Under the pieces are notes generated by a model that was given only the letters and a program-made list of their open reading frames with translations, made no database searches and had not been told where the DNA came from. From NCBI RefSeq assembly GCF_006345805.1, contig NC_043013.1, positions 24,056,001-24,120,000 of the forward strand: DNA of 64,000 bases. Direction: 5' to 3'. Source of the stretch: Octopus sinensis (lineage: Eukaryota). The translations under genes were made by a program, and so were the position numbers. Shown piece after piece: positions 11,716-24,034 of this stretch (position 1 is its first letter; every line of letters begins with the position of its first letter).

Positions 11716-14029
11716 ATGTATGTATGTATATATATATATATATACATACATTGTAAGTATGTGTGTATATGTGTATATATATATATGTATGTATGTATAT
11801 GTACTCACTCATACTATTTGTACACTCATCTTCAATTACATTCATAAGCTTAAAAGTTAAAAAAAAAATTTTAATGTCTTAAAATACTATAATGTTATAT
11901 ATTTTCAAGTAACCACGACTAACTTGTAATTTTTGAAATTTTTTATTTTTATTTTTAGTGTATTAACTCCATGTTACATTTAAACTCTCTACTTATGCCT
12001 TACAATAATCCTTCGGCAGAAATTCTGTTTTTAAGTTACATGAAAACCTTTTGGGACTTTTGCTTTAATGACACAACTGATCTCTGATTTAAAGCTAAAC
12101 TCTTATATTTCATAGCATCTTACTGTTTTCGCTCATTCATCAGTAAGGAACTAAGTATGGTTGTGGTTTATGTCATGTGTAACCATTGTGAAAGTGCTGC
12201 GAATGCGCTCCTCATCTCTTGCTATTTGCTACAAACTCAGCAAACTGTAATGTTTTTAGAAAGGTGTTTATTTTCTTTTAAATTGCTATAAAATAGTTTT
12301 GTTTTTTTTAAAGCTCATTTATTGTTTTAACAAATTCACAACATCATAGTTGGCCTTTTTGTTTGTTTTCTTTTTAGAATTAATTTTCAAATTAATTTTT
12401 GATTCAATGAGGAATACAAAATTAATTTTATCAATTTATGTGAACCTTATAATAATGTGACTGACTGAAGCCATATATTGGTGACAAGGTATGGCATGCA
12501 TTTGCAGGTGTATTTAATGAATGTATTTCTGTATAATATCTTGTAGAAAGAATCAGTTGAGAATACAGCAGAACAAATTTTAACCTATAAATTGCTGGCT
12601 TTCAGTGGTATGTACACAGTCTGCTACAGTGGTCTTATAGAAATATTTTGAAAATAACATTTTCCTATTACTAATTAGAAAGTGGGAAAAACAAGTAAAA
12701 TTCAAGACCCTACTAATATAATGTTGCTGAGATTCTTTCTATTTTTAATATTTCTTGGCCATTAACAAGCCAGCCGGATGGTTATTTGTGTCTAAAATAC
12801 ACTTCTGACTTCTGTACAGTTATTCTTCCAACCTGTTTGATTTAGTATTCACATTTTTGAATTGTCTACATTGAAAATGTTATTTATTTCTTGAAGAATT
12901 CAAATTTGTCTGTAAACTGCTTTTGGTTTGCACATCTACTCACACTCAACCTTGAATTTTACCGTGTCTTTCTGAGACATAACTTCTTATCGCTTTCTTG
13001 AAGCATGTGTGCTTAAATATCCCAATCACAGCAATAAACTACATCTCACTTGTATTCCACGGACTCCGTTTACCTTGCGTGGATCCCACCGTGCTGCTGG
13101 CTAGTCTCAACCAAATGGAGGTTATGTTAACAACTGGTTTCAGCTTAATGCTTGATAGGGAAGGCTATGCATGTGCCATGACATTGAGCGATGAGGCAGG
13201 GGGGAGGGGGAGGGGTATATATGGACAGACAAACCCGACACTCTTGACCACACGACAGTCATTCTCTGTGGACAGTGCTGCTTTTGTAATGTAATCCTAA
13301 GCTACCATGTTTAATGTCACCATAGCCATTAATATTACCTGCTGTAGGTATTTAATTAAAGCAAACCACACTATGTAGATAACACCTTGTAAATTGTTGC
13401 AAACTGTGTAAAGAAAAGATCAATTAAAAGAAACAAAGAGAGAACAATTTCTGTTGTTATACTTTCACACCTTGTACAAGATTTTCTCACTTTTTTTTTT
13501 ATTGTTGTTTTGTCTTTTAAGTTAATCACAAACACATTAAGAAGCTATTAATTCTTCAGATTCTTAGTGGAGCCAATTATTGGTAGGAAATGTCAGGCAC
13601 TTTTTCCTTCCTTTCTTTCTCTGTTTTAGAATTTTAGAATTGAATCGCAACCGATCGGATTTTGTCATTTAGGAAAAAGGAATTTAAAACAGCTTAGGTT
13701 CACATCTTTGTAATGATAAAAAGCAAATGAGATAAAAGCACCACATCTGGGAATTCGTTGGATAAGAGTAATTTAATTATAGTCCAAGAAATAATCTTAT
13801 TGAGTTACTTTAAATAATCTATAAACTAGGACTGATTCATAAAAATATGTAGAATTTATAGCCAGAGTGAAATAGTTTTGATATTCTTTTATTGTACCTG
13901 CAGAAAAGGTCTCTTATACACACACACACAAGCATGTGCAAGTACATAGGTGCAAAACAAGATGGAGGAGATACAACTCAAATTCCAAATGTACAGTAGT
14001 GTTCTTTTGAAGCTGAAAGACTTGACAAA

Positions 14030-14725
14030 TTCATCATCATTATCATCGTTCAACATCTGCTTTCCATGCTGGCATGGGTTGGATGGTTTGACTGAGGTCT
14101 GGCAAGCCAGAAGGCTGCGCCTGGCTCCAATCTGATCTGGCAAAGTTTCTACACCTGGATGCCCTTCCTAACGTCAACCACTCTGAAAGTGTAGTGGGTG
14201 CTTTTAACATGCCACTAGCTGAAGAGCCAGTCAGGTGGTACTGGCATCAACCATGCTTGAATGGTGCTTTTTACTTGCCACCAGCACAGGAGCCAGTCAG
14301 GTGGTACTGGCATCGACCATGCTTGAATGGTGCTTTTTACATGCCACCAGCATGGGGAGCCAGTCAGGCAGTACTTGGAGACTTCACTTGACTTAACAGG
14401 TCTTTGCAAGCACAGTTTGTTGCCCAATGATTGAAGGATACTCTTAAATGGGCCAGTTATGCTGCACTGGCATAGGCCATGGTTACGGTCTTGCCTTGCC
14501 GGGTCTTCTCAAGCACAGCATATCTCCAATGGTCCCGGTCACTTGTCATTGCCTCCATGAGGCCCAATGTTCAAAGGTCGTGTTTCACCACCTCACCCCA
14601 GGTCTTCCTGGGTCTACCTCTTCCACAGGTTCCCTCAACTGCTAGGTTGTGACACTTTCTCACACAGCTGTTCTCATCCATATGCAACACATGACCATAC
14701 CAGCACATTCGTCTCTCTTGCACAC
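14030..14725 (-). mobile_element. 5'-truncated RTE-clade LINE (ORF end + 3' UTR + (ATG)n tail)
   Basis: (CAT)n tail at left, 3' UTR tandem units, and ORF-end sequence homologous to 24550-24700. Confidence 0.8.
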
Positions 14726-15429
14726 AAATTTTTAATCAACACTAATACAAAGCAAAGTAAAATAAACAAAACTTACTATTGGTGGTGGGGGGGGGGCATT
14801 TGCAGTGATGAATGAAAATAGAAAAAAGAGAACCACATAGAAAGAAAAGGAGGGAAAAGTAGAAGGAAAAATAAAATGCTAGGAGACGGGAGCTGAGATA
14901 AAAGTGAAACAGGGTTTGTAGCATAGAAGTGACAATTTGTATCTAATATGGACAGCCATAAGCACAGGAAAGTGCTGGAAGCTATTAGAAAGCATGTGAC
15001 AGAGAAAATTAGATTGCTTTATAGTGAATGTGTGAGGGGGATGAAAGATCAAACTATAATCAGAGAGAAGAGACAAAAAGTTGATTGAAATAAAATGGAG
15101 TAAAATTCAGTTCCAAAATGCACAAAGACACCGAAAACTGTGAGTATGTGTATGTGTGTAGGGTTATGTAAAATATTGTTTGAATGAATTCAAAGTTGGG
15201 ATAATAGTTTAAAAAAATATTATAAATTACAGTGACATGTGCATAACTTGTGTCTTGGTTGATAAAAGTTCATATTAAAAGATAAAAGGACCAAATCAAA
15301 CACCATTTATAGAATTATATAAAATGAATATGATGGAAAAAAACAATTCGGGATTAGGATGATATGAAAAAATATCCAACAAATTGGAAGTTATGCTAAA
15401 AATGATCAGATAAAATGGTGAGAAGGAGC

Positions 15430-16790
15430 AACTTTATAAAAGTAATTTGTTTGATAACAAAAGTTTCAAAATAAGGAATTTTGAGAAATGCCTCCAACAG
15501 TTTTGTAGTTTGGATTTATGGTTTAAGGTAGATTTGTCTTGAAACAGGATAAAATGTTTTTTTTCATTGAAGCACAACAGGCTTTTCACAGGATAACAGT
15601 AGGATACATTCCTGTACGGGTTTGCTTGTTCCAAGACAGACCTTCAGATTTTGAAAGGACAGAACCTGTTTCTTTAATTGCCATAAATGTTTTCATAAAC
15701 TTGTTTTCCAGATATTTAAAGGTATTCTTGTGTAGATATAATCTCATTTTGAAGCTGTTTTCTGTGATTCTGGTGTAAGTTTTATATCAATATGCACTTT
15801 ATAAACAACTCCTTTGATTATTAGAGTTATCAGAGTCTTTACTCTTGCACTTGTATGCTGTCCCACCCGTTCGATTTATTAAGCCTGCTTACAATGTGTT
15901 GGTTAACAAACAAAACTGGTTTCTGGCAAGAATAGCTGACCTTCAGGATTGTTCTGTTCAAAATTCTGAAACCAGTTTATAACAGATATGCTGTTGCACC
16001 ATGAGAGGAGATCGATAACATTTCTAAGTGAAATGGAATCTAAAATATTTTGACTAATTCTCCCTAGTTTGGTTTTTGTCAGTTTTATAACTTTCATTTA
16101 GAGTTTCCCCCTAAAACTAGTTTTGTCCTTCATAAACTCCTATTTTGATCATAAGCTGAATGGTTTTATACTGATGACTCAAGTGGCATCAGCTTTACCA
16201 GTTGCTACTTATATAAAGACATGTTCAAGTGGGAGGGAGCGATAACAATGAGGTAGAGTTAATGGTAAAAGTAATGGAGGAAGAAGGCTTAAGAGTCGTG
16301 AAGTTCCATTTCTGCTGAGATGTGAAACCACAAATAGAATTTGAATCAGACGAGAGAAGTTTGAAGCAGAAACCAAATGTCTCGATTCCTTTTATTGATC
16401 TTAAAAACAATGAGATTTTTTTGTTTTTTATTTTTGATCAGCTTAATCAGAAAAGGGAAGGCCAGCGTCACCAAATCCTTTCCAGTGCCTCCAGAACTGG
16501 TGGAAATAACTGAGATCAGAAACCTGGCTATGAATGGTTTGTAGTTTGTGTGATTGAATGTGTAGAGAAACGGCTGACCGGAGATTTACTTGTAACATGA
16601 GATTGCTGTAAGTTAAAGATCGTGCTGCATGTGATGGATAACTAACTGGAGGACCCAGGGAATATATTATTTTATGGTCTTGGTAAGTTGTTTTTATTAG
16701 TAAAGGAGAAGAAGGGGTGCTGCCAAAACCCTTGCAGATGTTCACAGACAAGTGAGATTGAAACAATTTAGTCAACCTCTGCAAAGAAGA
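15430..16790 (-). mobile_element. Degraded, internally deleted Penelope-like element (RT + GIY-YIG remnants)
   Basis: Minus-strand peptides KLGRISQNILDSISLRNVIDLLSWCNSISVINWFQN (PLE RT, pre-motif A), TYTRITENSFKMRLYLHKNTF (GIY-YIG-like) and ANPYRN...LLCFNEKKHFILFQDKSTLNHKSKLQNCWRHFSKFL (PLE C-terminus). Many stops and frameshifts. Confidence 0.65.
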
Positions 16791-17025
16791 AAAGAAAAAA
16801 AAAAGTGTACTGGAATGGATTATGAGAAAGTTGCAGTTGGAAAAGAAAGACTGATTAAATTCTTTAGACTAGAATTTGTTAAGTGTACAGCAAACTGATA
16901 GTTGAAAGAAGATGAGATCATAGATGTAGATCCAGGTTAAAAACAATCTCTAGTCAAGTCAGCCATGATTCAGCAGCAGACCTGTAATTGATTAATGATA
17001 ATTAGAAATCAATTAATACTCTCTA

Positions 17026-17075
<50 letters not shown>

Positions 17076-18254
17076 CCTAGTAAAGAGTTCTGCTCAAGAC
17101 TTTAGGCTTCTTTACCTCAAGACAAAGCAATTTATTCCATTTTGTATCGTGATATATGTGACATTAAGAAGTATAATACTGTGTGGGATTTTGAGTGAAG
17201 AGGGACAAGTTGCAGTTGATCCGTTGAATGTACAATATTAACTCACAACAAATATATGATGTGACATCCCTGTTATAGGCACGAGGGATGACTATGCTTG
17301 GAAGTGTTGGCTGATTCATTTTGGGTAAAGAAATATCTTCAATTGTCAGTTAAATGTATCAAGATTAAAAGTGCATAGACCCAGGAAAACCTAGGACTGT
17401 AGCTCTGAAAACCAGATAATACTGCAGTGAGAGGCATCAAAGGATAACATTTACAGACCCATACAACCCATACAAGAATGGGTTATATAACTGATAGTAG
17501 TGTAAGTCACCTTACTTCTCCAAGTAATAAGGTCTCTTGGCACTCTTGTGGTTCTTGGTTCAGTCCCTTTGCATGGTACCTGGTTAAGCATCTTCAACCT
17601 TATAAGCAGAACTGATGAACAGAAACCAAGCTTAAGCCTGTCTTTCACCAATGGATTGAAGCCGAAATAGAAACTCTGGCTGCTTTTTTTATAATCCAAC
17701 TCCTTGTTCTTGTTATTCTGCACTGACTTACAGATACTCATCACTCTCACCTTCAAAGAAACCGGGAACCAGTCGTTGGCTCTTTGGAAACCTGTAACTA
17801 ATGACACTATTGCTCACCAATAAATAAGATGTGGATGTGTGTGTGTGTGTGTGTGTGAAAGCCATTCAAAACCGCACAAAGACTATTAACTTCATTTAAA
17901 CATTTATTATTCTCTACCAAACTTTTCTGAGTACCAACTGCAACCTGGTCACTGATGCAATTCCGCTGCATTTAGTTTGTGGTGAAGTTGCTGGTTGGTA
18001 TATATATAAGTTACAGGGTTATAATATTTTGTCTCTTCTTCTAGAGGTTAGTTGGTCTGGTTGGGTGGTCATAGTTGGTCAGTTGCTTGTATTTCACTTT
18101 CTCCTTTCCTTGTTTTCATCTGGCATTGTATACAGGGAGTCAGAAAATTAGTGAGCTCAAAGAAGTGGAGCTACCTGAGTACTGAGACAATGGGAGGCAG
18201 CAGCAGACGTGATGGTGGTGGCGGCAGCAGCAGTAAAAATAGAACAACCAATAA

Positions 18255-18640
18255 AAGAATTTTGTTAGGACCAGACTGAGACAGTGACTGCTGTCAATTG
18301 GTGTCCGATATGGGCAAGCAAAGAGCATCTTGAAGGAGATCCTAGCAACAGTTGAGAGGGCCAGCCATTGGGTATGGCTGAAAAGGAATGATAAGGGGGC
18401 CTGACTGGAGAGGAGATGATCTCAAAATGGACATGTGATCAAGTACTAAACAGTCAAAATTGTAGGTGTGCTGTAAAGTTGTCAAGAGGAAGGCCCCTAA
18501 GATGATGTGTATTCTCTGCTGATGACCCCAGAAACCTTCTGGCATCTAGAGTATGCAAAGTTTTCAACTGACCACACTTGCACTGGTCAGCTGTTTCCAA
18601 GTCTCCCTAAACGCATAGATTATGCCATTGTTTCTCAAAT
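18255..18640 (+). mobile_element. 3' fragment of a HERO-like (restriction-like endonuclease) non-LTR retrotransposon
   Basis: Translation KNFVRTRLRQ*LLSIGVRYGQAKSILKEILATVERASHWVWLKRND resembles the recalled HERO C-terminus (RGFVG...AEKASRWLWIKR). Confidence 0.5.
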
Positions 18641-18694
18641 TAATTAAATAGAAGATAAAAAGAAAAAGTCACAGAGTGGACAATGGACAGAAAA

Positions 18695-19544
18695 TACAAG
18701 GAGGAACCCAAAAGTAACTGGAAAAGTCTCTTTGGGACAAGTTTGTCGTAGTTCAGACTTCTGCCACTTGATGCGACCCTCAGGCATCAGTCTGCTAACT
18801 GGCATCCTAGACTGAGGTCGTACTGCCATGTGGGGCATCTTTGTTTTGCAGTGTTTCTCCCCAGTTCATCCATTTTTGTGATTGCTGAAATGAAGGAACA
18901 GCATGCTTCCATGAAATTCTGTTTTCTGCTGGGGAAAACAGTTGTCATGCTTCAAATAGCTTACACGGATGCTGCCACGTGCAGAACACAAGTTTAAAAA
19001 CGGTTTTCACACTTTAGGCATGGTCACCTGTTGCTTGAAGACCAGCCTTATTTAGGGTGGCCATTGACCTCCCAAACGAAGGAACACATCAGGAAAATTC
19101 ATGAACCAATCTTGGAGAACCATCACTGAACAATTGATGAACTTGTTGATCTGACTGGGTGTATGGTGGAGCTCCTGCTAATGAATTCTGAGCAAGGAAT
19201 TGTGAATGAAAAGAGCTGCAGCAAACTTTGTGCCTCACTTGCTCACAAAAGAGCAAAAGCAGTCACAACTGAATGCATGTTATGAATTGAACGAACAGCT
19301 GGAAGTTGATCTGGACCTTTTTGTGATGGTCTCCACTGGTGAAGAGAAAAACATGGCAGTGGCACTAAATGACATCACTTCACAAGAGTTCCAGCATTGC
19401 TTTGGACAGTGGAAAACGCACTTGGACCAATGCATTGCTTCAAGTGGAGAATACTTTGAAAAACGATAAAAAGTGTAAACATGTAAAGCGAATTGAATAA
19501 AATAATATTGCAAAATTCTGGTTTCTTTTGGGTATGCCCTCGTA
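18695..19544 (+). mobile_element. Internally deleted mariner element
   Basis: TA-flanked TIRs (tacaaggaggaacccaaaagtaactgg ... ttctggtttcttttgggtatgccctcgta). Decayed transposase: MKEQHASMKFCFLLGKT..., MKRAAANFVPHLLTKEQK..., FQHCFGQWKTHLDQCIASSGEYFE. Catalytic core largely missing. Confidence 0.85.
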
Positions 19545-20755
19545 ATTATAATAAAAGTAATTGTAATGATAATAATAATATAAATCTTTAGTTAAATATA
19601 TTCTACAAGTATATTATATACTGAATTTACAGTTAGTGCTCTTTTGTATCAAAGTAGTAATACTATTAAAGTATTTATACATTTAATACGAGCGATTATA
19701 ATATATTATGAAATAATATCAGGAAATTAAAATCAGAAAAATGCTTCAGAAAAATATATACATGAGTAGAATAATTATTGCATTAAACAAATATAAATAT
19801 ATATAAAAATATATGTAAATATGTGTAAGTATAAATATAATAATAAATATGACAGTTTAAAATTAAGTTTAAACATTCATAGAAAATGCTTCTGCTCCTC
19901 AGACATATAAAATGTGAAGTTTGTGTAATTTATCGAATGGTAGTTTTTTTTTTTTTTAATATATGAAGTAATATGGGAAAATGGTGTTTGTTTGAAATAT
20001 AAATTAAAAGTTACTGTTTTTGATTTTGGTAAGTACACTTTAGTATGAGAATCTTGAAATCTATATATGCTGCCTTGGTAAGTCATCTGCAGAAATCCAT
20101 AATAATTTTGTATAATATTCAGTATATTGTCCAGCATTCCAAAATATAGTTCATAAATGTAGATAATATTAATTTCTTGATATTATTTCACAATATATCA
20201 TATATAATCGCTTGTATTAAATTTACTTATATTTTTATATATATTTATATTTTTTTAATACAATAATTATTCTATACATGTATATATCTTTCTGAAGCAT
20301 TTTTATGATTTCACTTTCCTGATATTATTTCATAATATATTATAAATAATCGCTCGTATTAAATGTATAAATACTTTGATACAAAAGAGCACTAACTGTA
20401 AATTCAGTATATAATATACTTGTAGAATATATTTAACTAAAGATTTATATTATTATTATTATTACAATTACTTTTATTATAATTACGAGGGCGTACCCAA
20501 AAGAAACCAGAATTTTGCAATATTATTTTATTCAATTCGTTTTACATGTTTACACTTTTATCGTTTTTCAAAGTATTCTCTGCTTGAAGCAATGCATTGG
20601 TTCAGAAGCATTTTCCACTGTCCAAAGCAATGCTGGAACTCTTGTGAAGTGATGCCTTTTAGTGCCACTGTCATGTTTTTCTCTTCACCTCTTCCACGTC
20701 TACAAATTCTGCAGAATCAGCTTTCATCACCAGTGGAGACCCTCACAAAAAGGTC
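19314..20755. repeat. Long inverted duplication: arms 19314-19820 and 20221-20755, spacer ~400 bp
   Basis: The arms are reverse complements by direct reading and include the mariner 3' end plus ~275 bp of AT-rich flank. They differ by substitutions and by indels of ~42 and ~17 nt. Confidence 0.9.
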
Positions 20756-22209
20756 TCTCTCTCTCCTCTCACTATACCTCTCTTTCATTTACACATGGTA
20801 ACACAAACTGTCCAACCAAATCACTCATGTGATCACAACATTCTCTTACAGCGTCAGCTTACAACACAAATCTTGTTTTTCTGCTTCTGTTTCTTCAGTT
20901 TTCTTTTCAAACAGACATGCTCCAATTTCATTTATGAACAGCAAGAAGATCAACTTAAATGCCAGGCTATTTTAATTTTTTTCTTTTTACTCTTCACTTT
21001 ACACTCCTATCGTCTGTTGAACACTTTTATTGGTTAAAGACTTTTGAATGGAAAGGAAATTCAAATGACTCATTCAATGGGTTATTAATGTACCAAGCAT
21101 TAAGCAACAGCAATTGTGAGATTGTGAAGCTAACTTGTTAATCACTTGGCCCTGCTTGCATCTAAAATTAGTTTAACGAAGGAAATGAAAGATTTTCAAA
21201 GAAATATTTGTAAGTTATATCAGTAACATTGTTAATTTCAAGAATTCACTACAGGCAGCAGCAGTACTTTAGACCCGAATTAATCTTGAAGCTGCCCAAT
21301 GATCAAAGACATCCCAGCCATGAACATCCTGTCTTGTTTTCCCAGGAAAAGTAGACCCAACGCCACATTACTCAAGGTTTTCTTTTCCAACATGGTAGGA
21401 AGTGTTATTTGAGTGATTTGGTTGTTATTTTTAGCTGATTGAACAACATTGTTTGCTTAACAAAACAAATTTAACAGAAGTTGGTGACAATCTGTATAAT
21501 GTGTTTGCAGAGTAACCATGGGTTGTTTATTATTCAAAATAATGACTTCTAACGCAGGCAGGAACATGACTTCACCTGTGGAAGATTGGTGGAGTTGATT
21601 GTAATTGAACCCAGAATTTATTTTATTGACCCAGGAAAGATGAAAGGCAAAGCTGTTTATGGTGGGATTTGAACTCAGAACATTAAAAAGAATCAAACTC
21701 TGAAAGACATTTTATTCAATGACTTCTCCATGTCAGTACAAATCCAAACGCAGCATGTTTATACAGCTACAAGAATTACTTCTAATTAATAGTGATTTCT
21801 GATAAAGGTATGAGGCCCCAAATTTGAGGCAGGGAGAACCAGGTGAGGAAAGGGAACCAGTTGAGGAAAAAGACCAGTCATGGGAAAGGATACTTTACTG
21901 AATTGACCCTAGAAAGGTGAGAGGTAAAGTTGATCTTGGCAGGATTTGATCACAATATAAATAGCCATTACTACATATTGGTTTCAAATTTTGACACAAT
22001 ACCAGCAATTTCAGGGAAGAGAGTTACATTGACTCCAGTATGCAACTGGTACCTTTTTTATCAACTCCAAAAGGATGAAAGACAAAGTTGATCTCAGAAT
22101 ATATGGATGGGTGAAATGCTGCTAAGCACTTTGCCCAGCACGCTAATGATTCTTGCAGTTCCCTGCTTTGACCATTCCTAAATATTGTAAAGGATTTTAT
22201 TTGATGTTC

Positions 22210-22735
22210 TTAGCTTTACAACAGGTGCCAGGCAGTAACAAAATGGCAATGAGCGAGCTCATCATTCAAGCTCGCGTGTTGACACAAAACACCGGGCGAC
22301 TGTAGAAGCCCGCAATTTTGCGTGAAGGATGGAAAAAGGTTCACCTGCCTTCCTCTCTCGTCTGCGCCCTACGTATAGCAGTAGTCACTCTGGCAATCCT
22401 GCCCTACCCTCTCACCCAGTAATAAGCAGTTGCTATCTCCAACCTGACAGCAAACTCTCTCACATCTGTTTGCAATGCCTTGGCCGGCCAAAAGAAGACG
22501 ACCTTGTCCTCTCCTCCCAGCACTTCCCTTCTGCTGCTTCCTCTTCCGGTCAGTCCCTTGGTCATTGACGTCATGGCCCTCTTCCTCCTGCTCATCCCCG
22601 CAATGACATTGGAGTTCGACACAGCCCTGCAGGTCACAAATTCCCTGTCAAACCATCCAACCCATGCCAGCATGGAAAGTAGACGTTAAAGGATGATGAC
22701 AGTGATGATGATGATGATGATGATGATAACAATGA
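22210..22735 (+). repeat. GC/CpG-rich segment of unknown origin fused to a short RTE tail and (GAT)n
   Basis: Abrupt compositional shift; ends in gtcaaaccatccaacccatgccagcatggaaagtagacgttaaaggatgatg, the RTE terminal sequence. Confidence 0.5.
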
Positions 22736-23691
22736 TGACCTCTTCTTCTGCCTACAACTTTGTGATTTACCTGTTCAAGTAAGACATCATTAATGACAGG
22801 GTCAATCCAAATTTATTCAGCTTCCTTTTATTAGCAAGAAGGCATTCAGCCCACCTTAATAGGTTTCTACTTAAAAAACCAGTTAGATTTGATGTGTCTT
22901 GAATAAATATTCTCTTGGTGATTTGATGGAGGGCTGGAGTCAGATTTGCTGGAGAGAGTGAAGAGAGTTTGTGGAAGAATCCAGGTCAACACACTAATCT
23001 CTCTTTTGGAGTTATTTTTGTCAACACAGATACTCCCCCACCCACCACCACCACCACCACCACACATTCCAGTTTCCTCAAAGTTTAGATTTTAACACAT
23101 TTCATGAAGAAACAGTCACTTTCAAAAGCACTGGTTCTCACGATGTTGACCACACTGAACGTATTAAACTGCTATCAATTTGGCACAGTAATTCCCAGAC
23201 ATTGACCTTGAAATGCTAATGAAATTTAAATGGCATTAACAGGCTTTTCAATGGAATGAAAATTAGAATAACTCAAATTCTAGCGTTACACTACATAGAA
23301 CATGGCATTGTGCCAGACAATAAACTTAGAACTGACTTTGCTGTTCCCCGTTGTATAATTACAGTTTTTAGTTTCAATGAGTTCCTTAGTGATAATTAGT
23401 GAGTCTATCAGTCATTCCCAGTTGATCTGTGCTGGTGCAGGAACAATTCCATAAAGCTCTGCAATAAATTACCCACAGGCTGTTGCATGTGTTATGAAGA
23501 TGTTGGGGAAATGTCACCGACAAAGTGGACACAAGCTCACTAGTTTAAAAATTTTGAGGCTTTTTTTTTATTGCTTCAATGCAAACAAGAAAATATAAGT
23601 AATCAATATGGAAAGTTCATAAACTCTTCTTTCTGTCATCATTATTCATAATTTGTTACTAACATGTGCTATAATAGGTAATTGTATTTTA

Positions 23692-24012
23692 TCATCATCA
23701 TCATCATCATTTAATGTCTGTTTTCCATGCTAGCATGGGGTCTGGGAAGCCAGGAGGCTGCACCAGGCTCCAGTCTGATCTGGCAGTGTTTTTACAGTTG
23801 GATGCCCTTCCTAATGCCAACCACTCTGAGAGTGTAGTGGGTGCTTTTTACGTGCCACCGGCAGAGGTGTCGGGGTGGGGGTGGGGTGGAAACGGCCATG
23901 ATTGGTTGGTGCATTTTACATGCCACCGGCACAGAAGCCAGTCAAGGCAGCGCTGGCACCGGCCATGTTTGGATGGTGCTTTTTATGTGCCACCGGCACA
24001 GCTATCACAACC
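23692..24012 (-). mobile_element. RTE 3' UTR/tail copy
   Basis: Reverse complement of 24905-25243; (CAT)n tail at left. Confidence 0.85.
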
Positions 24013-24034
24013 ATATATATATATCTTAAATATT

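Larger units (their letters stand above)
2839..13800 (+). other. Putative extended 3' UTR / TE-depleted downstream region of the AGAP-like gene (end not defined)
   Basis: Follows the stop codon; U- and A-rich tracts and several AATAAA (e.g. ~4497, ~5170, ~7429). Only a MITE and two short repeat remnants in ~11 kb, against dense TEs elsewhere. UTR status is inference. Confidence 0.35.

Noticed and set aside
19877-20137. 86-aa minus-strand ORF in the spacer of the fold-back repeat
   Set aside because: AT-rich, includes a homopolymer-derived poly-Lys run, no recognisable homology or exon boundaries. A TBLASTN hit to a conserved protein would reopen it.
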